From assembly GCF_004010195.1 (NCBI RefSeq), contig NC_057718.1, forward strand, positions 22,206,026-22,270,025: a DNA stretch of 64,000 bases. The letters are read 5' to 3'. Shown one piece after another: positions 48,272 to 60,299 of the stretch (position 1 is the first letter of the stretch; every line of letters starts with the position of its first letter). The notes below the pieces were generated by a model. That model did no database searches. It worked only from the letters and a program-made list of their open reading frames with translations, and was not told the DNA's origin. The position numbers and the translations under genes are program-made. This DNA comes from Chiloscyllium plagiosum. Lineage: Eukaryota.

Positions 48272-49450
48272 GGTTCAGTAAGGCGTTCGACAAGGTTCCC
48301 CATGGGAGACTGGTTAGCAAGGTTAGATCTCATGGAATACAGGGAGAACTAGCCATTTGGATACAGAACTGGCTCAAAGGTAGAAGACAGAGGGTGGTGG
48401 TGGAGGGTTGTTTTTCAGACTGGAGGCCTATGATCAATGGAGTGCCACAAGGATCAGTGTTGGGTCCTCTACTTTTTGTCATTTACATAAATGATTTGGA
48501 TGTGAGCATAAGAGGTACAGTTAGTAAGTTTGCATCAAAATTGGAGGTGTAGTGGACAGCGAAGAGGGTTACCTCAGATTACAACTGGATCTTGACCAGA
48601 TGGGCCAATGGGCTGAGAAGTGGCAGCTGAAGTTGAATTCAGATAAATGCGGGGTCTTGCATTTTGGGAAAGCAAATCTTAGCAGGACTTATACACTTAA
48701 TGGTAAGTCCTAGGGAGTGTTGCTGAACAAAGAGACCTTGGAGTGCAGGTGCATAGCTCCTTGAAAGTGGAGTCGCAGGTAGATAGGATAGTGAAGAAGT
48801 CGTTTGGTCTGCTTTCCTTTATTGGTCAGAATATTGAGTACAGGAGTTGGGAGGTCATGTTGTCACTGTACAGGACATTGGTTAGGCTACTGTTGGAATA
48901 TTGCATGCAATTCTGGTCTCCTTCCTATCAGAAAGATGTTGTGAAACTTGAAAGGGTTCAGAAAAGATTTACAAGGATGTTGCCAGGGTTGGAGGATTTG
49001 AGCTACATGGAGAGGCTGAACAGGCTGGGGCTGTTTTCCCTGGAACGCCGGAGGCTGAGGGGTGACCTTATAGAGGTTTACAAAATTATGAGGGGCATGG
49101 ATAGGATAAATAGACAAAGTCTTTTCCCTGGGGTGGGGGAATCCAGAACTAGAGGGCATAGGTTTAGGGTGAGAGGGGAAAGATGTAAAAGAGACCTACG
49201 GGCAACGTTTTCACACAGAGGATGGTACGTGTATAAAATGAGCTGTCAGAGGAAGTGGTGGAGGCTGGTACAATTGCAACATTTAAGAGGCATTTGGATG
49301 GGTATACTAATAGGAAGGGTTTGGAAGGATATGGGCCGGGTGCTGGCAGGTGGGACTAGATGGGGTTGGGATATCTGGTCGGCATGGATGGGTTGGACCA
49401 AAGGGTCTGTTTCCATGCTCTACATCTCTATGACTCTATGACTGTGACTA
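48272..49450 (+). mobile_element. Young CR1 LINE, 5'-truncated in RT
   Basis: [26 protein letters not shown] and ORF 48743-49441; tail tctatgactctatgactgtgact. Confidence 0.95.
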
Positions 49451-49459
49451 TAAGGTACC

Positions 49460-49655
49460 CTAGTAAGAGCAGATTGCACTAAGTCTGAGTACAGAGTATT
49501 GCCAATAGTATGGGTTCAAGTCCTGCACTGGTTGAGGTTACCATATGAAAGAGTAGCCTTCTTAACCTCTCCCTTCACCTGAGGTGTGGTGAACCTCAGG
49601 TTAGACTACTACCAGTTGTCTCTCTCTAATGAGAGAGCAGTCTACCTTTACCTTG
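49460..49655 (+). mobile_element. Degenerate tRNA-derived SINE (third family)
   Basis: B-box-like gggttcaagtcc, hairpins cctgagg..cctcagg and ctctctc-taat-gagagag, and a ctttacctt tail. Confidence 0.5.
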
Positions 49656-50774
49656 TATGCCTCATTGTATTTAGTTCCCTTCCACCATGATGCTTTGGGT
49701 TCATAAATGTTCTATTCTCCAAATAGAACTACCTCTTTTGCAGCAGAACCTTCAAGACATTGCCATTGAATCAGCCAATTTAAAGCAAAGTTCTTCTAAG
49801 TTACTCTTACAAGCAAAGGTCAAAATATTTATTTTTTTATAGCCCTTCTTGAGATCTCAAGGGCTACGTTTTGATTTTTGGGGGCTACCTTTTCATTCTC
49901 ATTTATCCCTTCGTTAAGTGAGATGAAATGAAGTAATAACATTACTTTCTGTGTTTGTGTTGATCTGCGGAGTACTTGGACTTTAAAAAAACAGAATTAG
50001 AAGAATTCCTCAATAATTATCAACATTCGATTAAACTTAAAGCCACAACAGTCAAGGAGAGCTTAAAATTTCGAGCCACTGCAGGATTAGCACAAAATAA
50101 CAGTCGTAAATTAGCAGTCAACGTTTTCGTCAATGCTTCATGTAAAGCATTGTAATTTGTCAAGAATTCACTATCTCTGACTTCAAGATTTCCTGACTCT
50201 CATTGAGCTGAGTATTGCTTTGACAGGTTTGCCTTGACAGCCCCTCTCCTTTGTAACCTCCTCTCCAGCTGAAAAAGAAACTGTTGAGCAATGAGTTGCA
50301 ACTCACCTCTGTATGACTTAGCAGTTTAAGGGCCTTGCATGTTGGAGTGATTTAGCAAGAGCTTGAAGAGTCTTGTGTGGTATTTTCACATGATTTAAGT
50401 CACAATGCTTTTCACATGACATTAAGAAGACATGAAAATTTCAGTGAGGGTTCAGCTGCTGCTGTTTTATGGTGGGCATTTGTATAATCTGGCACAAACC
50501 TAGAATAGCATTTGCTCACTGGAAGATCAAAGATGTTTTATACAAGTGTACTTTTGAGCCAGAAATGGCAGCCAGGAGACATAAATAAAGGCAAGTAAGC
50601 AGAATATATGGATATAGTATTATATTAAACAGAAGAGTCACTTTGGCCTATTGAGTTTGAAATGCCAAAAATACACTAGTGCCAATACTAGTCCCACTTT
50701 CCTGCATAAGGCCTATAGCCTTGAAAGTTATGACACTTCAAGCATTAATCCAAATACTGATGCAGTAATCTGCA

Positions 50775-51260
50775 CTTGTTTGAGGTTTTGTGCAACTCCA
50801 ACAACACTTCAGAAGCTTGACCCCATCCAGGGCAAAGCAGCTCACTTGATTGGCACTTCGTCCACCAGCTTAAACATTCATTCTGTTCACCGGTGGCTTC
50901 AGTGTGTACCATCTGTAAGGTGCACTGCAGCACTCACAGGATTGCTACAACATCATCCAAATGTATGATTTTTACCACTTAGAAGGAACAAACTATAGCA
51001 GATGCACAGGGACACAACAACCTGCAAGCTCCTCTTTAAGCCAAGCATACTCCTGACTTGGAACCATGTCTCTGTTTCTTCACTGTTGCTGGGCCAAAAT
51101 CCTGGAACCCCCTTGCTGAAAGCACTTTGTGTGTATCTATTCCCGACGAACTGCAGTAGTTCAAGAAGACAAGTCAGTATCACCTTCTGCAGAGCATGTA
51201 AGGATGAGTCATAAATGTTCAATAAACCTAGGGTGTTAGTTTTTCCCTTTATATCCATAT
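50775..51260 (+). mobile_element. 3' end of a divergent CR1-group LINE
   Basis: ORF 50651-50968 reads ATPTTLQKLDPIQGKAAHLIGTSSTSLNIHS; 3' UTR ctgcagtagttcaagaag..caccttct..ggatgagtcataaatg. Confidence 0.72.
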
Positions 51261-51269
51261 CCCTTACCT

Positions 51270-51695
51270 ATTGACACAGTTCACTTGGTTGTCACCTGAT
51301 CCCTCAGCTTAAACATGCACTCTCACCACCACCGCCACATAATGGCAACACTGTGTATCATGTACGAGGTGCACTGCAATAATCCATCAAGGTTCCTTCA
51401 ATAGCATATTCCAAACTCATGCTTTGTACCACCTCACAGGACAAGGGTGGGAGATGGATTGAAATGCCACCTGCATTCTTCCTCCCCATCATTTACTGTC
51501 TGGATTTGGAAATACAGTGCCACTCCTTCACTATTCCTGAGTTGGAGTCCTGGTACTCTCTCCCTTTGTGACACGAGGGGTGCACTTATTCCACATGGCC
51601 TAGGGTTTTCTAGCATCACCAACTTCCAAAAGTGATTTAGGTTGTGCAATTATTGTTGACTTTGCTAGTAACCCTCGGATCCCAAGCATGAATAT
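51270..51695 (+). mobile_element. Second, more decayed copy of the same LINE 3' end, in tandem
   Basis: cacttggttg..cagcttaaacat..ggtgcactgca..acctgca..tggaaat..ccttcact parallels 50843-51090. Confidence 0.62.
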
Positions 51696-52239
51696 GTACA
51701 AGAAAGCACACCACAGGCATGAGCACATTGCATCTGACAGAGTCGCTGCTGTTGGTAAGTGATATGAATAGATCCTCGCCTTTTCTCATCAATTCTGTCT
51801 TCTCCTTTTTCTTTTTATCACACACTGTTTTCATGGTTCACTGATATGGAAGATTAGCAATTGTTCTATGTTGCTCTCAATCACAGTTATGCCTGACTTG
51901 GATTTACAGGGCATTGAGTTTCAACACAGGGCATTCCCAACCTTCATTGATGCTGAAGTACCACAGCTCCATCATCTACTTAATTGCAGACGCTGTCATG
52001 TTTTATTTGAAATCTCTTTCACTGACAAAAGATGCAGTGATGTTTTAGACATTAGTTTTCAAGCAAATTGAATTCACTTGTTTGTTTTTAAAATATCGAT
52101 GTATAGATAGTGGGATTTGTGTTGATGTCAGATAGGTCAGAGTGTCACAAATGGTTCATTGAGGGTCATTTGTCTCATCCCAGACACATGAGCCAGGATG
52201 ATGCCGTTCAGTTTATATGAACAGCGAGAAATGTTGGGT

Positions 52240-53310
52240 TCAGAATAAAACAAAGAACTGTGGATGCTGGAAAAATGAAACAGAAACTGAAATTACTGGA
52301 GCAACTCAGCAGATCTGATAACATCTGTGGAGACAAAGCAGAGTTACTGTTTCAGCACCAGGTACCTTTCGTCAGAACCGATGGAAAAGAAGAAGAGCTG
52401 CTAATGTGGACCATAAATAGGTGAAAATGGCTTGGTTATGCTGAAAGTATTGAGGAGAAAGTGAGGTCTGCAGATGCTGGAGATCAGAGATGGAAATGTG
52501 TTGCTGGAAAAGCGCAGCAGGTCAGGCAGCATCTAGGGAACAGGAGAATCGACGTTTCGGGCATTAGCCCTGAAGAAGGCTAATGCCCGGAACGTCGAGC
52601 TTTTCCAGCAACACATTTCCATATGCTGAAAGCAGTCAATGTCATGACAAGGCTTAGGGTTGGGAGTTGGTAAAAGACAAGGGAAGAAGATGTTCAGGCT
52701 CTAAAGTTACTGAAGTCAATATTAAGACCTGAAAGCTGCAGGGTTCCCAAGCAACAAATGAGATATTGTTCTTCCAGCTTGACCAGAGAACATGGTGAGG
52801 TGTTGAAGCAACAGGCAACTGAAAGCCAGGGTCAATTTTGTGGACAGTACGTAGGTGTTCCACAAAGCAATTGCTCACTTTGCATTTCATCTCCCCACTA
52901 TAGAGGACACCACATTGTGAACAGCAAATACAGTGGACTACATTGTGTGTAGTGCAGGTAAATTGTGGCTTCATTTGGAAGGTGTGTCTGGAACCTTGGA
53001 TGGTGAGGAGGTAATTGGGCTGGTGTTGCAACTTCAGTGAGTACATGGCAAGGTTCAGTGGGAGTGTGGGGAGATGTTGGGAGTGGAGGAGGAGTGAGCC
53101 CAGGTGTCCCAGAGGGAATGGCCCTTGTGAAATGCTGGCAAGGGAGGTGAGGAGAATATGTGTCTGGTGGTGGCATCCCAGTGGAAGTGGCAGAAATGGT
53201 GGCTTATGATCCTTTGGATGTGGATGTTGGTGGAGTGAACAGTTAGGATCAAGGGACCTTATCAATATTGTGGGAGGGGTGAGGGCAGAAGTCCAGAAAT
53301 GGGTTAGGTT
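52240..53310 (-). mobile_element. Penelope-like element 3' half (GIY-YIG plus terminal repeat)
   Basis: ORF 52654-53265 reads FTCTTHNVVHCICCSQCGVLYSGEMKCK. Degenerate hammerhead on the reverse complement, gttctgacgaaagg..tgaaacagtaac, at ~52340-52378. Confidence 0.85.
52452..52621. mobile_element. Self-inverted PLE terminal-repeat element nested in the older PLE
   Basis: TSD tatgctgaaag at 52437-52447 and 52622-52632. Arms atggaaatgtgttgctggaaaagc / gcttttccagcaacacatttccat and tcgacgtttcgggcattagcc / ggctaatgcccggaacgtcga. Confidence 0.87.
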
Positions 53311-54039
53311 TAAAATGCCCTTATATGGGCCTCTTGTGGTCAGGTGTCACCTCTTTCCAATGGGGATCAGGATTGTGTGAGCCTTATTGCCAGTCACAAT
53401 CAATATTTTATTGGCTAATCTGAGTTAAATTAGACCCCTGACCTTCTGTGGAGGTTTGCTGCTCCTGTATGAGTTCAGGCTGATTAAAATGGTGAAAAGT
53501 GAGTATGCTGTGTGAGCCTCCTGAAAGCCTTAACCCCAACCTCTCTGCCTCTACTCTTTGTTAATCTATATACCACCTTAACTTCATTTGTCAACCCCCC
53601 CCGACCACCACCCTAACTCCCAAGTATCTGCCCCCCCGCATCACTGGTGATACCCCACCATCCTAACCCCAACCATGTCTGCTTCCCACCCCTCTCACCT
53701 CTGGTGATTCACTTGTGACCACGATCCCAATCCTTCCTTCGGATTGTACTACCTCTTCTGGGACTGGCTGGGTAACAAATGCCCAATATGTCTGTGAGTC
53801 TCTGCCTTCTATATGGTCCAACCCAGCATATTCCTTTGCACAGTGTCACTCAGTGTCTCATTTATTCCATTCTGATCTCTCTCTGTGCTTTCATTCTACA
53901 TTCCCCAATGATTTCTTCTGTGTATCTTCATTTCAGGCCCTTCCCATTCCCTGTCAACATTCTGTACCTCAGCAACCTCATTAACTACACATGGCTTCTG
54001 CACATGAGGCTATGCTGCCAAAGCTGAAGCTAGGCTTAC

Positions 54040-55165
54040 AAAAACTAGGAGGTTACAATAAGCATGTGTCACACACTGGATTGGCCTTTACTGGAATATA
54101 AGATGCAGTACTTGGCACCACACATTAGGAAGCTATCAAAGCAATATACAGGATACAGGATTCAGAAACAAATCAAGAGAATGGCTTCAGGGGTGAAGAA
54201 CTTCATTTTGATGGATTGATTGAGTCCTAGAGTCATAGAGATGTACAGCACGGAAACAGACCCTTCGGTCCAACTCGTCCATGCTGACCAGATATCCCAA
54301 CCCAATCTAGTCCCACCTGCCAGCACCTGGCCCATATCCCTCCAAACCCTTCCTATTCATATACCCATCCAGATGCCTTTTAAATGTTGCAATTGTACTA
54401 GCCTCTACCACTTCCTCTAGCAGCTCATTCCATACAACTACCACCCTCTGTGTGAAAAAGCTGCCCCTTGGGTCTCTTTATACCTATCCCTTCTCACCCT
54501 AAACCTATGCCCTCTAGTTCTGGGCTCCCCCACTTCATCGAAAAGACTTTGTCTATTCATCCTGTACATGCCTCTCATGATTTTATAACCTGTATAAGGT
54601 CACCCCTCAGCTTCTGACACTCCAGGGAACACAGCCCTACCCTATTCAACCTCTCATATTGCTCAAATCCTCCAACCCTGGCAAAATCCTTGTAAATCTT
54701 TTCTGAACCCTTTCAAGTTTTACAACATCTTTCCGATAGGAAGGAGACCAGAATTACATGCAATTTCCAACAGTGGCCAAAGCCGCAGCGAGGCTTTCAA
54801 ATATTCTTCTTGTGAAAGAGCAGATTGAGAGGAACAATAATAGAGGTATTCAAAGTCATGAGGCACCTGGACAGAATAGAGAGAAAAATACCAATCCTAA
54901 TTGACAGAAGGTTGGAGAACTGGAGAATATTAATTTAATGTGGCTGACAAAAGAAGTAGCAGAGACATGAAGAGGATACTTTTCTCCAAGGGTATAGGGT
55001 ATGGTGGAAGAGGATTTAACTGTAAAATGGAATGAAAGATTATTTGATGGGAAACAAATATTGCAGAGCTATAGAGAGAAGTGGAAGTGTGGGACCAGGT
55101 GAGTTGCCCTGACGGAGGCTTGGCATAGAACGTAGAGGCCTCCCCTGTGCTGTTTTATGATTGTT
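54040..55165 (+). mobile_element. Old CR1 3' fragment split by a younger CR1
   Basis: ttggcaccacacattaggaag..cttcaggggtgaagaacttc before the insert; gagcagattgagaggaacaataatagaggtattcaaagtcatgagg after it. Confidence 0.62.
54221..54790 (-). mobile_element. Young CR1 3' fragment with intact tail
   Basis: gagtcctagagtcatagagatgtacagcacggaaacagacccttcggtcc, the reverse complement of the tails at 40216 and 49450. Confidence 0.95.
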
Positions 55166-55289
55166 CTGTAAACTGGTTCATAGACTGTTAAACATAGCAG
55201 TGGGTTTCCATGCATTTCACAGAAATGCTGTCTAAAGGCAAATTATTTCTATTTAACTGCTGTTCAACCATCAAAGCTAAGTGAAACCA

Positions 55290-55700
55290 TAATCTCTTAC
55301 AGCTCAACACTAGTAATCCAAAGCCATCTTTTCATCAAACTCTGGATCCAATTCCACTAACCTCCTTATTTATGCTGAACATGATTGCAGCCTGCTGTCA
55401 ACTCTATATGGAGTCTTAACACTTCACATCGTGTACTGTTATTATCGTCTTCATTTGCATTATCTCCTTACAACTTCTAATGTCAGACTCTGACTGACTA
55501 GGCATGGCACCAACATGTTGAAGATTGAGGTCAAATATTTTCTTCTTGCTGTCCTCCTGCCCTCCACCCCCTCAGTTAGCCCAAAATTCAATTCTCTTGG
55601 TTCCTGTCCTATACAAAGAACATACGAATCACCCATCTGTGCTGGGGTCATTTGGCGCTGTGGGCTGACTCTTTGCCCTTTTTTAAACCTCTGCATTTAA
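55290..55700 (+). mobile_element. Decayed L2 remnant
   Basis: cagctcaacactagtaatccaaagccatc (QLNxxKTEAI-like), plus weak similarity to the reverse complement of the 61635-62960 copy. Confidence 0.4.
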
Positions 55701-56806
55701 TTATTATTCCATTGCCATCTAATTGGAGCTTACTTTACAGATTCCCATCCACTATTCAACCATTAAAATCCCTGCTTCTGGATTCTGTTCCTAAATCACT
55801 TTGAACTCTCAATTCTCATATTTTTTCTTCAGATTACTTACTCTTGTTTCTGAGTTTACTATCCAGAATGTCAGTATTTATATCCAAAGGTTTAAGAAGA
55901 TTAGTTTGACTGGATTCATATCCTTAAAGATTAATATGTTAGCTTTGTACAGTCAACTGGCTGCTACCATTCTTTTCTGAAGTCATGGTTGTTATTTAAA
56001 GTTGTTATTATGGCTCAGAGTGTTTAAAGATATGGATTAAAAGAGACAGATTAAGTGACACTCAGGAGATCTAGTTTTGCAAATGGAGAAATTGAAAATC
56101 AAATAGTGATTTTGTCTCAAATCTTTCCAAGTTGCCAAAACAACTGGACCTCAAACAAAGGCTTCCTCACTTTACGATACCCTTGTTCATAAGAGGTTCC
56201 AGCATCTGCGCATTACTACAGTTAATGCTTTGCTTTCATGCATTATCAACTATTAGTTAAATTATCAAGTATTGATTACTTCCAGTTTATATGCTGTGAC
56301 GGTGGAGTATTACTGCTGGGAGTCAATTAGAGGGTGAGATTAGTATTAACAACACACTGTTTATCTTTTTCCTTTTGTTTTATTGATCAAGCTTGTTTCC
56401 TGCTAAACTGGAGCCAAGATGAGTAAAGAAATGACCATAAAAAACAGGAAAATAATATTTCCATATAGTTCCTAGAATCATGAATCAAAGAATGATTACA
56501 GCACAGAAGCTACTGTAGTTCTAACACCCGGCCTGTTCCTCATATAGCTGTAAATATTTTCCCTTCAAGTGCTTATTCAATGCTTTTTTGCAAGCTATGA
56601 AATCAAGTGTCATGAAGATGTTTTCATTATATCTGGTATACTTCATAAAATATAGTTATCCTTGAAGCTGAGAAGATTAAGGGCAGATTTAATAGAATGG
56701 GGTGTTCAAACTCTTGAGGGGTTTTGACAAAGTGAAATAGGGAGAAGCTGTTTTTGCTGACAGGAGGGTCAGTAACCAGCATGTGTAACCAGGAGGTTGG
56801 TAACTT

Positions 56807-56973
56807 CATCTGTGGAGAGAAATCAGAGTTAACATTTAGGATCCAATGAACCAATGGAAAGCTGAAACAAAAACGGAAATTGCAGGAAAATCTCAGCAGG
56901 TCAGACAGCATCTGTGGAGAGAAGTCAGAGGTAACACTTCAGGTCCAGTGACCCTTCTTCAGAACTCAGTTCT
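56807..56973 (-). mobile_element. Partial tandem of Penelope terminal repeats with hammerhead remnant
   Basis: catctgtggagaga occurs at ~56807 and ~56909. Reverse complement reads gagttctgaagaagggtcactggacctgaagtgtta; ends in the small palindrome agaactcagttct. Confidence 0.78.
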
Positions 56974-58210
56974 GCATTGATCTTTCAAAGGCACATGAGC
57001 CAAGTAGCCTCTTAGGTTGTCAATGTATGACTGGAATTCCTCATACCTTCCCCAGTGATCAAGCTGGCAGGCAGGTCCAGGATGCCGTGCCAGTTGTCTA
57101 CCTACCTTTGGCAACTGATCATGTAGGCTGCATGTTGCCAGGCCTACTGAAACAAGAAAATGACAGCTGAGATGGGAAGAGGTCCTTTCATGATTGTTAA
57201 GTAGTCATTAATTGGCCCCTTAAGTATCTTATGTGCAAGCAGGACCAGAAAGTTATCCATGGGCCATAATGCCTCTCATGTATGTTTGTGTGGACAGACG
57301 AAGATATGAGGTTCTGGTCTTAATTATAACACACTTCATTTATAAGGCATCTTACCTCTTTTTTTCCATCCCATAGACTTGAAAGATTCTGCCTAACATT
57401 TCATGTTTACAACCTTACATCATAATAATTCTGCATATTTTATTTGTGGGAGGCAAATGTATAGCACCGAATAATATGTTGCCTGCTGCAATATTCTGAA
57501 ATGGTTTATAATCTTTTGAATATTATTATGACCCTAGCTTATGTTATTACTGAACAAGGCAGATCCAAGACTTAAGTCTTGCTTGATAGAAATTTTCTTA
57601 ATTTAATGAGGGGGGAGGGGTCTTTCACTGAAACATGAGCATGCAACGCTGCAGGTCTGTTTTTACAATAAAACAGCAGTTTAATAAACAGAAGATAAAA
57701 TAGAATAAACCAAGTTTATTTTACAAATAACAAATAATAATTTTGAATGATTTTGAAAAATAGTGAAAATACAATTCCATCTATGTCAACTGCATACTTT
57801 TATAGTACTCAGAGATCAGAAAAACCTTCCCTGTATACCTATAGGTTTGGCTTAGCTGTTTCTTTCAGTTCCCAGTCTTGAGAGTTTGGTAGCCTTTTCT
57901 GTGAATATTCATACAGCTGAGCATGGACCTTCTCATCTTTGAATCAAACCTTTATGGTTCTAACCAAACACACTGGTCTTGAACGTTCAAGACTGAGGTA
58001 ACCTATTTACTAACTGTTCTGAATTATGACCTTTCTTCAGGAGGACTCTACTTTTACATAGAACTCCAACTGGGACCTTTGTGCATTAAAAACAAAATTT
58101 TCCCAAGTTATGGGTTTTTCCCCTCAGCATAAAAAAAGTTTCTGATTCTTCCAACTGAAACAAGCTAATGCTCTTTGCTGTTTACTCTGTCCACTTGTAA
58201 AATTCTCCCA

Positions 58211-59012
58211 ATAAATGCGAGGTGCTGCATTTTGGGAAACCTTATCTTAGCAAGACTTATACATTTAATGGTAAGGTCCTAGGGAGTATTGCTGAACAAA
58301 GAGACAGGTTCATAGCTCCTTGAAAGTAGAATTGCAGGTAGATAGGATAGTGAAGAAGGTGTTTGGTATACTTTCCTTTATTGGTCAGAGTATTGAGTAC
58401 AGGAGTTGAGAGGTCATGTTGCGGCTGTACAGGACATTGGTTAGGCCACTGTTGGAATATTTTGTGTAATTCTGGTCTCCTTCCTTTCGGAAGGATATTG
58501 TGAAACTTGAAAGGGTTCTGAAAATATTTACAAGGATGTTACCAGGTTTGGAGGGTTTGAGCTATCGGGGGAGGCTGTGCAGGCTGGGGCTATTTTCCCT
58601 GGAGTGTCAGAGGCTGAGGGGTGACCTTATAGAGGTTTATAAAATCATGAGGGGCATGGATAGGATAAATAGACAAAGTATTTTTTCTGGATGGGGGAGC
58701 CCAGAACTAGGGGGCATAGGTCTAGGGTGAGAGGGAAATGATATAAAAGAGACCTAAGGGGCAACTTTTTCACATAGACGGTGGTACGTGTATGGAATGG
58801 GCTGTCAGAGGAAGTGGTGAAGCCTAGTATAATTGCAGCATTTAAAAGGCACCTGGATGGGTAAATGAAAAGGAAGGGTTTGGAGGGATATGGGCCGGGT
58901 GCTGGCAGGTGGGACTAGATTGGGTTGATATATCTGTTCAGCATGGATGAGTTGGACCGAAGGATCTGTTTTCGTGCTGTATATCTCTATTACTTGATGA
59001 CTCTATGACTCT
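58211..59012 (+). mobile_element. Young CR1 3' fragment
   Basis: ataaatgcgaggtgctgcattttggg; ORF 58500-58730 reads KLERVLKIFTRMLPGLEGLSY; tail tgactctatgactct. Confidence 0.95.
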
Positions 59013-59978
59013 CTCTTTCATACTGATTTTTTAAAAAAGTTTAAAAAATACTTATCATAACCCTCAATACATAGACCAAAGCCCATGTGGCACTAGTTTA
59101 AAATCCAATTCTAAAATAAATGACAATATATAATCACACACTTTACGTCATAATATTCAATAAAAATATTGAAAAGTATAATATGAAACAAATGTATTAT
59201 TGAGTTTATGGAGCTCTTTCCTTTGGTATAGTAAGATTAATACTATATAATCAATGGCAAATGCCTTGGTTGTTTATTGGACTTTAATATGTGGAGAAGT
59301 ACCTTGAGTTCTAACATGGCTTACATCCTGAATTAGATTGGAACTTTGTAGCAGAATATCTGTATGTTAAGAAAGTACATAACCTTCTTTCTCCGAGGGA
59401 GTAGTTTGTTTTGGAAAGTTATAATTCTGAATGTCTTATTTGGTATAATTCATTGTATCACAAGTATAGTGCAGGTATTTATGGAAAAATTGAGAAAATG
59501 TTAGTGACTTTTTAAAAACTTTAGTGCAATGTACTGTGGTAGACTGAGGTCAGCTTTTTATGTTTGTTGTGATTAATTGGAGGATGCACTTGATAATGCA
59601 ATTACCTTGAGTGGGATTTTAAAAAAATGTATAAAGCAAATCATGAAAATTTGGTAAAGCAGAAAATACATGCAACAGATCATGCTGCATTTTTATAAAT
59701 GAATACTTGTAATGACTATTAAGTACACTGTTCAGTTTCTAAACCATGAGAGATGGGAAAACTTAGCTTTTATTATCCAGCCTATTAAACAATGAAAAAT
59801 GTTGTTTATTAAATTCCACTTTCTCTAACTAGCTTCAAGCAATTTGTAGCTATTTGGAGCTTAGACTCCAGAATAAAAGCACAAATGAGGGGTTCAGCAA
59901 CTAGTGGGCAAGTTTTGGAGGAAGATTTAAGTGGATAGAGACAACACGGCACTAAGCTCAGTGCTTGCTCAAGATAAT

Positions 59979-60299
59979 GTGGCATGGTGGTTCAGTGGTT
60001 AGCACTGCTGCCTCACAGTGCCAGGGATCTGGGTTTGATTCCTGCCTCAGGCAACTGTCTGTGTGGAGTTTGCATATTCTTCCCGTGTCTGTGTGGGTTT
60101 CCTCCGGGTGCTCTGGTTTCCTCCCACAATCCAAATATGTGCAGGTCAGTTGAATTAGCCATGCTAAATTGCCCATAGTGTTAGGTGCATAGGGCTAAAT
60201 AGAGGGTAGGGGAATGGGTCTTGGTGGGTTACCTTTCGAAGGATATGTGTGGACTTGTTGGGCCAAATGGCCTGTTTCCATACTGTAAGGAATCTAATC
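59979..60299 (+). mobile_element. HE1-type V-SINE, full length
   Basis: gtggcatggtggttcagtggttagcac head through ccatactgtaaggaatctaatc. Confidence 0.92.

Noticed and set aside
484..49441. Long RT-like ORFs (257, 279 and 232 aa, among others) as functional genes or an intact autonomous LINE
   Set aside because: All are pieces of 5'-truncated CR1 ORF2 broken by frameshifts and stops. None has ORF1 or a complete APE+RT frame, and some have mutated catalytic motifs (FADAT at 39046-39885; FAS truncation at 48169-48552).
4945..60299. tRNA genes at the tggctcagtggttagc motifs
   Set aside because: These are SINE heads. They continue into V-SINE core and LINE-derived tails and do not close a cloverleaf.
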